Positions 53,990-64,000 of a stretch of 64,000 bases of DNA are shown here, piece after piece; the stretch's first letter is position 1, and every line of letters begins with the position of its first letter. Made by a program: the position numbers and the translations under genes. Location: NCBI GenBank assembly GCA_036172245.1, contig JAYWIR010000017.1, positions 930,001-994,000 on the forward strand, in the 5' to 3' direction. This DNA is from Raillietiella orientalis. Lineage: Eukaryota. Under the pieces are notes generated by a model. It searched no databases and had not been told where the DNA came from. It saw only the letters and a list, made by a program, of their open reading frames with translations.

Positions 53990-55673
53990 TGCGATTCCCA
54001 AGCAGGAATTTTTCGGTAACACTAGAAGGAACTCTTATAGCGACACAGCGGGATTGCAATCCCACTGCGAAAGAGTCCTGGAGGCGATTATTGTCCGCGA
54101 ACAGTTTGCCCAGAGGGGTCCCCACAGGGATAAAAGTAGGCCAAGAATGGACCGGAGTCAAGAAATCTCTCGGCGGCTGGGAAACGAGCGGCTCACCCAT
54201 CTGGCTTATGCGGATGATCTTTTCTTCCTCAAAGGGGAGAGAGATCAGAGTACGTTTCTGGATGTACTGGAGCTTATGGAAGAAGGATTGGGCTTAAAAG
54301 TCAACGCCCAGAAAAGCCAACTTTTGCCCGTCGGAATCCTGGATCTCTCCATATTCATGGAGGATAGATTCCGAACGGTGGACAATGCCAAGTACCTGGG
54401 TGTCCACATTGGCGACAATTCATCGCCCCAGATATTGTGGGAGGAAATCCTGGGGAAAGCAGCGTAAGAAGGAGCGAAGTATACCCGTTTGGAGTTTGGC
54501 ATGAAGCGGAGGACCAACCTTTGGAACGGAGTACTCCTTCCAAAGATACTCTTCGGAGCGACTTTCTTCAGAATACATAAAAACACCAGAAGAGAGGTAG
54601 AAAAGCTACAAAGGAAAACCCTCTGGGGAGGCTATCGACCTAGAGTCCGCCCCAAACCACTGTGTCGTCCTAAGGAGGAAGGCGGTACCGGCATGAAGTC
54701 GCTTGCACACGCTGTGGACACCATGGACATGTGACAACTCCTGGACATGTTGGAAAACTGTGAAGACTTGCCGTATGCAGCACACAGGGCTTACTCGTTG
54801 TTGATAAATAACTCGAGGGGATTGATTGCGCTGCTCGGCCGAGTGGGTAAATGGGTCACCATCGACCCAACCTGGAGAAGAAAGCAGCAGCTGGTACACA
54901 AGCACCAGCTGAAGATTATACCAAGGAGCAAGAAAATCTGGCAGGGGAATCCATCCTGGCGATCCCGTGGATGCTCCCGGTACCTCCGATACATTGATAG
55001 GATAGCTGGAAGATTCATCCACATGACCCGCGAAGTGTAGAAAAACCACAACTTCGTATGGTCCAGTGTAACAAAGGAAAACCTATGCCGACTAATAGTC
55101 GAAGAGGACAAAGATACCCGTGCTCTCCAAGAAGCCGCCGATCGCCACGGGAGTGCTGGGATAAACCTGTTGGCGATCGGAACGACGCTCTGGAGGAGTG
55201 ACTTGTCACTGGACACACAAGATCACCTCCTGATGTTTTATTATGGAGGAATCCTGTGCGGGACAACCATGAAGCTATTCACGGGAAGAGAAGATGAGGC
55301 CTGCAAAGCATGTGGAGACAAGGATACAAGACTCCACGTCTTGACCTGTCCCACGATGCAACAAGAGTGGCACACCCCCAAAAGGGTTATCGGGCTGACC
55401 ACCACATCGACCATGGGAAGTTTAGCAGGCATGTTCCAAGGAAATGGGAACGTTCCCTGTTACAATCCCATGGTAAGGATGACGATCGCCCTCTTCATCA
55501 CCTCCATCCTTGTGCGGTGGTGGAAGATGAAGACCATCAGGACCGCCGTATCTCCAATGGAAATCCTGAAAGGGCTTATCCAGAAGGAGATTGGCATAAG
55601 AAACTGTGGAAGAGTACAGGCCTGGAACTATCGACATATTTTGAGAAGGATTGAGGACAAGATCCAGTCATAA
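53990..55673 (+). mobile_element. 5'-truncated, disabled non-LTR retrotransposon ORF2 (L1/Tx1-type reverse transcriptase + C-terminal CCHC)
   Basis: LAYADDL (YADD at 54207-54218), GLKVNAQKSQLL, KYLGVHI, LCRPKEEGGTGM and CKACGDKDTRLHVLTCP. In-frame stops at about 54465 and 54732. Confidence 0.88.
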
Positions 55674-58517
55674 ACGACGCCCAGTTTCCCAAGTGTAGTG
55701 AACTTCAGTGTTAATCCCACGAAGCAGACTTCCAGGTGACGAGAAAATGAATGCATGAATATGTAGAGGACTATGGACTTCGAGAAAGAGGCAGTGGATC
55801 CCGCCGACGATAGAGATGGCGGCGTGCCGGTGCTGACTGTGCTCCCGGTGGGAAGCGTCAAGGTTGCAGGAGTCGTTCCTGGCGTGGCGACAGACGGTAG
55901 GTTACCAGCAAGGGTGGTCCGCGTAGCGGACTCCGTGATCAGCTGTGTGAGCAAGAAGGAGGAGGGGGAAAACCAAGGCCTGCTCCAGATCTTTTGCGAT
56001 AAGGAGCGCCGGAGGACGAAGGGAATCAAAGGAGCTGCGGAAGAGGAGGAGCTGGTGCCGCGAATGTTCCCGTGGCGCGCTTTTCGACGCAAAGGCGGGG
56101 ATGCCTTCAAGAGGGCAGCTGCGTGATTGACCGGCACTCGGGAAGATTTTCTCGGTGGGGAAGAGCGTGCGAACCAGAGGCTGATCGATCTGGAGACGAG
56201 AAGATGAGCTCTGCTTGCCTGTGCGGACCACCGCCCCCTTCGCATGCTCTCGCTCCACGGGTTCGCAGTTCCTCCTCCTCTCGGTGAGGTAACACCTCTC
56301 TTACCGGGGAGGAAGGAGCTCTCCGGCCACTCAGGGAAAGAGACGTCCTCTCGCACTTGGTAGGGAAGTGCTCCCCCTTCAACGCCTTATCCCGCGAACA
56401 GGAGCGCAGAAGCTTTTCACCCCAGTTCCTCACGAGCGGACACTACGTGCCGCTCGTGTGCGCGTTCGGAACGCTGCCCCTGTAGCCTTTTCCTCTCCCT
56501 CTCGGGGGATGTCCGAGTTCTGAGCGGAGATCCCTTTGAGATCCCCCAAAGATCCCCCAAGATCTCCCCCCCAGCGCTGAAATCAGCGCTGCCCTCGAAG
56601 ATCGCGTCGCCGTCTCAGCTCTCCAGAGAAATCTCCAAGAACGATGAGAAGGAGCAGCTGGAACTGGGGCTGAGCGCCTCTTCCCCCGGCGTGTCCCTTC
56701 TGTCCCCGCCCTTTGAACAACTCCGGGAGCACCTCCTGGCTCACTCACGTGCCTGGTTCGCCATTCGCGAGAAGGCAGGAAGAGGCCCGATTCCCGACAG
56801 GAGCCGGCATCTCACCAAGGAACCCAGAATTCCCCTCTTTCTTCCTCGATCCTTAGACAGAAGGACTCAAGGAGGCTGGGAGCGTGATCTCCTGGCGAAT
56901 CAAGGATGCGCACCCTTTTTTCTCAAGGAGACTGCCCGCGAGCCAAGGCAGTCCCTACTTGCTGGCTGGCATTCCTCGCGGGGAGTTCCGGGAACCGGCG
57001 GCCGGTTTCCGGAGACCGTGTGGGGCGACAGTCCGTTCACTCCGCGATTTCACGCTTCCCAGAGGATGGACGCGCGCGGCATGTGGGTGTTCGCAGCCTC
57101 CGCCTGCAGAAGAGGATGGCTGTCTTCTCTCCTGCCGACGCGTCCGCCTGCACGCTTCGTTGACTTCCTGGTCTGAACTTTTCCCGGAGCCGTTGCTGAG
57201 ATCCTCGATCGATCGGATTAGCATTAGCGGTCATCCCGTGGTGCAGCGTCGCGTCGGGGATTGGACATGGTCGCCTTCTTTCCTTCAAAGCGCCATTCTC
57301 TCGCCGAAGGTGTTCAAGACTGCTACTCACACGTCATTTTCCTGTTCCTCCAGGGAAGACAGAAACCTCCGGCTTCTGTCCTGCGTCGCCGTGCTATCTG
57401 GAGAGGACCCCAAGACTGGCCGAGGAAGCAGCGGCTGCCGGCTGGCTGCTACTGAGGATCTCTTCGAGGAAGGCAGCTGGAGTCAGTCTTCCGAAAGAGA
57501 AAGACGGTCCTTCCACGAAGGCTCTCGAAAGAAGAACCACGAGGTCTCCAGGAGAAGCACGGGAGCTGACCAGCCTGCTCGAGGTGAAGGGAACTCACGA
57601 GTCCCGGAGAAGGTGCTCCGCGCTCCAGAGTTGCCAACCGCCCACTGAAGACGTAATGCCCGGCATCCGATTGCTCTCGACGTAGCTTTGCAAGGGGACT
57701 ATCTGCCTGCATCCCAGATACTTCTCGCAGTAGTCCTCTTCCAAAAAAAAAAAAAGCAAGAAAGAAAAGAAACGGTAAAAAAATAAGGAAGAGGAGACGA
57801 AAAAGTCCTCTCGGTTTGTTGCCGAGCTGCGGGCTCGACGGTTCAGATAGGTTCCCTCCGCTCCTGGATTCCTGTCTCACTGCCAGCCGCGTTTGAGACC
57901 GACAGTGATGCATAGCTGGCGGAAAGGATGCATTCCGGCGTTCAACACTTTAAAATGAGTTGGTATCTCTGGGGGACTCGGTGCATCCCTCCACCATCTG
58001 GGTTTCCGCATCTTTCGAAAGCCAAATCTTTTCCTCACTTTGTCTGTCTGTCTATTTGTTTTCATTGGATCTCGGAAAACATCGGGAACATTCCTTCATC
58101 CGATCTTCCGTCAAGGATAATTCGTTGTTGCGTTTTCATTCGAGAACTCTCTCCTGCCGTCCGTCCTGAGTTAAGACTGAGGATGCGTGGAGGCAGCTCT
58201 TAATTCTTCTTCCAGTCACACTCGATCTCCTTTCCTCATCCGCACGCGCCATCTTGGGAGCCAACGCGCAGCGGATGCCATCACGGGAAAGGAGAGCAGT
58301 TTCCTCAATCTGCATGAGGTGTGGATCAGGAGAGTGCATCCCTGCACCCCTTACGCGACTGTGGCGCCCTTCGTTCGGGCTGGGAATGCCTCACGAGGGT
58401 CATCTCGCACACCGAAAACACCCCCTCCGAAGAACTGGTGGGCGTTTCTTCATCCCAGATGGGCTCTCGACAGCTCCCTCAGCAGTTTCCCCCTTGTGTG
58501 GCATCGTGAATGGCTGC

Positions 58518-59223
58518 CCGTGTTGGAGGCTGTGTGGACTGCAGTCTCCGCGCGTGGTATCAAGCGTTGTGAGTTCGAATCTCATCCAGGGAAAGGATCG
58601 ACGCAAGAGAAATGGGTGCGTCGTGGGTTTCGAGTCCCCCTCGCAGGACGACGCTAGTTCGCCTGTAGGCTTAGGGTACGGCACTGGCGGAAGGTGGAAG
58701 CCGGATGCCCCCGATGACTGGCCGGCATTGGAAGTTGACCCTCGGGGGTTCTTTCAGGAATCAAGGAGTACTGTCGCCCCCTTTGGAGGGGAACCCCCCA
58801 TCTCGTACCATGGAGCTGTGGACTGATACCTCTACAGAGTGTGAAGAAGCGCGCTGTTCCCTTCGGGGAGCGCCCTCCAGAGAAATTGGGAATCGAGCCT
58901 TCGTGGATCTCTTCAGAGGAGGAAACGGGGAGCGGTTCCCTCGCAGGTTCTCTCTGGATAAGAAAATTCCAAGAGCGGATCCTTTCCTAGCTCCTCCGTA
59001 GAGAACAAGGAAGAGCTTCCCTTCCGGACTCCCTCTCAAGTGTGAGAAGAACGGACTTCTTCCTCCGGAGCCCCTCCTGGACTCATAGGATGGTTCCTTC
59101 CCGAAGCACCGCCTAACTTGCAGAGTTCATGCGCACCCTAGGGTGGCGTGGAGCAGAGTTAAAGAGCTTCGGTGAACCCCTAAGCGAAGGGTACTTGAGT
59201 ACTTAGCGAACCAGAAAAAAAGA
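58518..59223 (+). mobile_element. tRNA-derived SINE-like element, copy 3 (longest)
   Basis: tRNA T-arm/B-box GTGAG-TTCGAAT-CTCAT at 58569-58585 and a second B-box-like gtgggtttcgagtccc at about 58623. Shared tail and A-run, flanked by GCTGC direct repeats (58513-58517 and 59224-59228). Confidence 0.78.
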
Positions 59224-59589
59224 GCTGCTTGCGGTTGCGGGGCAACTAAGCTGGCGAGGGTGCAAGATCAACCTCACGCAACGGAAGTCGCACAGCTGGT
59301 CGCACTTGACGTCAGCAGCGAGAGAAGAGGCATCGCGCTTATAGCGAAAGGGCTGAGAGGGAAACAGGACTGCAGCCCGGTAAGCTTTTTTTCTCTCCTC
59401 ATTATTTATTTATTCTTCTTTTGCTATTGTCCCTCCCACTCTGGCATTCCGAATATCTTCTAGCGGACCAAACTCACCTTGGGCAATACCCACCCGCCTC
59501 TCTATAGGATTCTAGTGATGCCGTAGGTCCTATTGGACACGTCTATTAATTCGAGGTAAATTAACGCCTAGACCGTAACCGGGTGAAAA

Positions 59590-59631
59590 ACGCACCATCT
59601 TAATTGACCTTGGTCAATTAAGATGGTGCGT
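59590..59631. repeat. Perfect 20-bp inverted repeat with 2-nt spacer
   Basis: acgcaccatcttaattgacc-tt-ggtcaattaagatggtgcgt. Confidence 0.97.
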
Positions 59632-60628
59632 GCATGCAACATGTAAATCTCAGAGGGTACCATCAGACTGAGGTCACAGAAGGACATCGAAGATTTCTTA
59701 CAGAAAAATCACGTTGATGTGGCTTGAGACGGTCCGTGCTGCACAGTAAGCCTGATCTTTTACACATTTTGAGCCGTGTGAAAAAGGTCATGACTGCTTC
59801 ATGAGCTTTGCGTAAAAGCTCATATTTTGTAGCGAATTGTTTGGCGCTCGGTGTTGCAGTGAATTGACTCTCCTGCGAAACTACAAACGTTCGCATTTAG
59901 ATGTCACCACTGGCGTCTTGCATTGGATAAACGCAGCACAACTCATCACCTCCTGACACGGAACTTAGGTCGTCGGCCACAGCCCTTCCTGGCATACCTC
60001 GGCTGTTCAGATCAGATGCACTGTGCCGCTCCTCTCTTCCACACATTGGTAAACACGTCTCATTCTTTGAATCGAGACGTAGCTCGTGTGACACCAGAAA
60101 GCAGTTTCCCCGTGTCAGCAGCATATACACCACTGGAGGCAGCATCTGTTTTGGAATGCTGACAAGCCGTTTTGAAATCGGCTCAAAAAGGACACAGCGC
60201 ACCATACACCTACTACTATAGAAACTACAGCTGCATGAATCTCCATCGAAACGTACTATGGGTAAATTAAAGAATGTTCTTCCTCGAAGATTGATCTTGC
60301 ATCTGTTTTCGATGCATGTAAAGACATCGATGACATTGTTATTTTCTGCTTCCGAAAAATCTTTGGGTGGAGCATACTAAGCCGCTTGGTACGCTTGCCT
60401 GTGATCTCTATCAGTCCAGTTATTCTGATTGATAGTATTCATGAAAAAGGAACATATTATCGATAGATAATTCTGTATATCTGCCGAAGAGCTTTGCATC
60501 AGCAAGCTCATTTCTTCCTTCTGGAATACGAAACCTTTTTCTTTCCGGGATAAGAGGAACTCACTTCGAAGAAACCATTTTGGATTCCATACATCTCCTC
60601 GAAAGGTCTTTATTTACGCGAACTTTTT

Positions 60629-63112
60629 TCAAAATGAGGCTCCCTTTCTGTGAAAATGTTCTATCTCTGACAGTTTGGCATCTATAGGTTCTCTGGAGTC
60701 GTACAAGGAAGGCGCAGTTAGAATGATCATGCCGGCGCCAGTGATACAGGCAAGAGTGAAAATGAACAAGAACAGGCGGTCCAGGACAGTGGCCACGTAC
60801 TTCCAATCTTCGACCACCTGCTTAAGCTAGAAATTCGCAAAGAATTTCATGAACGCATCAAATTCACCTCTTTATCTTTGTCTTCGTTCTTGATGTGTTG
60901 GGCGATGAACTGAATTTCGTCGATGGCACGCATCACTTCGGGAGAATACGGGCGTGGGAGGGCTTCGTACTGTTCTGTAAGAAACGATGCCTGCCTGACT
61001 ACGGATCCCCTTACCTGCAGACGTGTGATCTTCAGCTTTCCCTGACAACCTACACGTCTGCTGCGTGCCACTACTGAACATAAATAAATGAATGACTGAT
61101 TACAGCACGAGATGAAATTTTTTCTATACCAGTGTGTTTGATGATCAAATGAACGAATCTTTCTTGCTTCCGTCCTCTTCATCATCATTATTTGAGGAAG
61201 GCAGTCGATAAAAACTCGGCGTACCCATTTGGGCATTTTATGGAATGAAGGACGTCGGAAATGAACGTTTAGAACGCACACCGTCACGCATATGGACAAG
61301 GTTACGAGCACCATGGTGAAGAGCAGGTATTGTCCTGGAATATGGATCCTTGGTTGATATCTCACATGAGACAAAATAATAGCAAATTCCATCCAAAGAA
61401 GGTTGAAAGGCTTTCGAGAAAGATACCAGCCATAAAATGGTCACATCTAATTGCACTGAGGTATTGCAGAACAGAGAACCGGATGGAACTGGTGCTATCT
61501 TCCATCCATCATTTATACGAACACGGTCAACCGACTAACCAAACGGTCTCGTGGTTGTTGTACCGCATTCTTGAGGACTCGAGAATACTTACAAGAGCTG
61601 TAAGAAGGTGCAGAGAAATTGTATATCAAAGAAGTAGAGCTGCTGAGAAAAGGCAAGAGATTTCCAAGATCACCGAAAATAAACATACTTTCTGCATTAG
61701 TCTCCAACATGAATCATTACCATACCCTACAAAAGGGGAATGGCACAGGTTTCTACCTGTTCAGGTAGTGTGTTTCCCTGTTTCTGAATATTCGGAAAAC
61801 GATTTCAGTCTTTCGTCAAAGAAACCACAAGTGTCCTGAAGCAATACTGAAAGCGATGAAATCAAAAGAATGCAAGAAATACTCGTAGGTGACTGAAAGT
61901 ACAACAGACTCGTCGAAAGTGTTTGGAAAGCACAAATGAAAATGTTTCAGCTATACAGCGTGTAGGAATGTGTGGAAAGATTCCCCCGCTACCATTTTCA
62001 ATCGCTTTTCCACTTTTACAAGAGATCATCTCCTTCAGCTCCGCGAAACGGAAAGATTCCGGCACTGCAAGGAAAGATGGACTGTTTAAAGGCGCAGTAG
62101 GTAACGGCATATCCGCATGTGCGTTGCGAATCCAGGTACCGTCAGCTGACCACAGGGAAGCTGCTTGATTTTCACTAAGGAATATCAACTAGGTTACAGA
62201 GATGACTCGTTTTAAGACGAGAAACTCGGAAATTTCACAATAAATGCATGAGAGACATAAACAGCGCCACAATCACTGCATGAGCACTTACCCAGTAATG
62301 GGACTGCCAAAGACGTCGGCGGAATGATTTCTGCTAGCAGAAGAAAAAAGACCGTCAGTGAAAGAAGAATGGAAATAGAAAGAACGACTTTTTCTCCAGA
62401 ATCACAAGGAAGGTAGAAGACAACCACCGTCAGAAAAGAGATTCCTACGCAGGGGACAATCAAGTTCACCGTATAAAACAATGTCTTCCGTCGGATGGTG
62501 ACATTGAAGGTGATGTCAGGGTAAGGCTCTTTACAGCAAGGATAGAACTCTTCGTTTCTGCTAGCAGGTATAGCGAGCAAATCCCATTCCACGGAAACAT
62601 AGAATTCCCTCAGGTCGACTGCTTCAGGTACAAAATTCGAGCCTGGCACTTGTTTCACGTGGCGCAAGTCAACTTGGAATCCATCATAGGTCCAGGATCC
62701 GAATTTGAGCGTGCAGTTTTGCTCATCAAAAGGGAACCAGCGGACGTCGATCTCGCAGTAGGACTTGAAGTTGGCCGGTGGGATCCACGTGACCTCGCCT
62801 GTGTATCGCAACGTGGCTTTCGTTAGCATTATGACCTCGAAATTTCCATCGGCGCTAGTCAAGGATAAAACAGATGGATCCGGAAGATGAGATGAGACTT
62901 ACTTATTGTACAACACGATGTCCGGCAGCCAGATGTGCTCCGGTGGTACAGACAATTCCTCCACTCCACCGTATTCGGACGGGTCCCATCGCAGCTTATA
63001 GTCCATCCATCTCTGTTATCTTTTCTTTTGAATACGCTTTTTTTTTTTTCGATTGCTATCAGCCTACCTGCTCTACCCAAACGTTTGTAGTCATCATTTG
63101 GTTCCGGAGGTT
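60629..63112 (-). CDS. Nicotinic acetylcholine receptor alpha subunit (arthropod alpha1-4/8-like group); 5' exons not found in the window
   Basis: Exon 63112-63068 reads [15 protein letters not shown]. Exon 63012-62903 reads ..[11 protein letters not shown]. Exon 62854-62292 has the Cys-loop [15 protein letters not shown], loop C YPCC, TM1 and TM2. Exon 61334-61130 has TM3. Exons 61073-61015 and 60974-60868 cover the intracellular loop, and 60817-60629 reads [15 protein letters not shown] with TM4. The vicinal cysteines define an alpha subunit. Confidence 0.95.
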
Positions 63113-63329
63113 CTGAAAGTAAATACTTTAGTATCAAGCCGATCCCTCGATTTCAAGAAGAAAAAAAGAAGAAAAAAGTTGCAGTTATTCGCGCAGAAAG
63201 CCGGAACGACCCAGTCTTCCCAGGGTTGCCAATTTAGCGGTTTTCCAGCCAGATCTAGGGTTTTGGGAAACCCATCTAGCGGCTAAAAGCATTTTATCCC
63301 ACTGAGCGGGAATTCTAGCGGGAATTTCA

Positions 63330-63585
63330 AACCCCGGTACAGAGCCGTTCCTGCCTTCCGGGCGCGTTGCGGAAGAAGGACAGGTTCCTCAGGTTCTGGC
63401 GAGTAGGAGGGTCGCGACGGTGCGCGCAGAAGGGTTTGGGCACGAGCTCTCCTGGACCCGCCGTCGGCGCAGATCTTTGTGGTAGTAGCAAATACTCCAG
63501 TGAGATCCTGGAGGTCTGATGTGGAGGAGCCTTTCCATGCGAACAGCCTTTGATCATGGTTCAGTCGATCCTGAGTCCCCGGAGT
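63330..63585 (+). rRNA. Isolated, diverged 28S rRNA fragment (rDNA pseudogene)
   Basis: gagtaggagggtcgcg..gcagatctttgtggtagtagcaaatactcc..gaacagcc..tcagtcgatcctgag matches the conserved LSU core (GCAGATCTTGGTGGTAGTAGCAAATA) with substitutions. The flanks are not rDNA. Confidence 0.88.
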
Positions 63586-64000
63586 AAGGATAAAACAGGC
63601 CGCCGAGGTTTTTCATGTTTGCAAAGAAAATTTTCAATGGTGGATGTTGTGAATAGTCTTAAATAGAATTACGGATATTCTTTATCCACCCCCGTTTCGA
63701 TCTAGGTGGATGTGGAGTCACATTGATAAGTTACTGCATCGTTGATAAAGACCGTCGAGGAAAATGTTTTTCTTATTATTAAAATATTCTGATATGTAAA
63801 TTGTGATCACGGGATTATAAGACTGGAAGTGCAGCACTCTCCTGACAAATGTACCAAGCACGTACATTAGGAGCTTCATAACATAAAATGCAAACTAACA
63901 ATTAATTGTTGATGACGTGAAATTTATTTTTGCACTGTTGAATCTGAAGATTAAATGATCTAATAAGAATGATGATGATAATGATAAAGTCCTAGGTATT

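Noticed and set aside
55628..56356. 242-aa Ser/Thr-rich minus-strand ORF
   Set aside because: Low complexity in GC-rich repeat-derived sequence, with no recognisable domain.
1..64000. CRISPR arrays, intact tRNA genes, telomeric arrays
   Set aside because: No regularly spaced repeats or TTAGG arrays were seen. B-box motifs occur only in SINE heads, without a full cloverleaf.

Overview
Eukaryotic, almost certainly arthropod, genomic DNA: it has spliceosomal GT-AG introns, an arthropod-type nAChR, a Dpr-type Ig gene and an arthropod-like 28S fragment. There are no prokaryotic features or CRISPR arrays. Four genes look functional: (1) a minus-strand RAP1/TERF2IP-like telomere-protein gene at about 2.8-4.8 kb, with BRCT plus two Myb-like domains, found only by hand-splicing 41-51 nt introns; (2) a lone, divergent, intronless histone H2B variant at 12.5-12.8 kb; (3) a convergent Dpr/Zig-like two-Ig-domain gene at 13.0-15.5 kb; (4) the 3' part of a nicotinic acetylcholine receptor alpha subunit at 60.6-63.1 kb. 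The 19-33 kb region appears to be a tandem series of heavily decayed, same-strand Toll-like (LRR-TIR) gene relics, recognised by eye from motifs only. The 39-59 kb region holds four copies of a modular tRNA-headed SINE-like element, a fold-back mariner derivative, a 5'-truncated L1/Tx1-type LINE, a 168-bp direct duplication and a 42-nt palindrome. A 28S rRNA fragment lies antisense within an nAChR intron. All family calls come from motif recognition without database searches.
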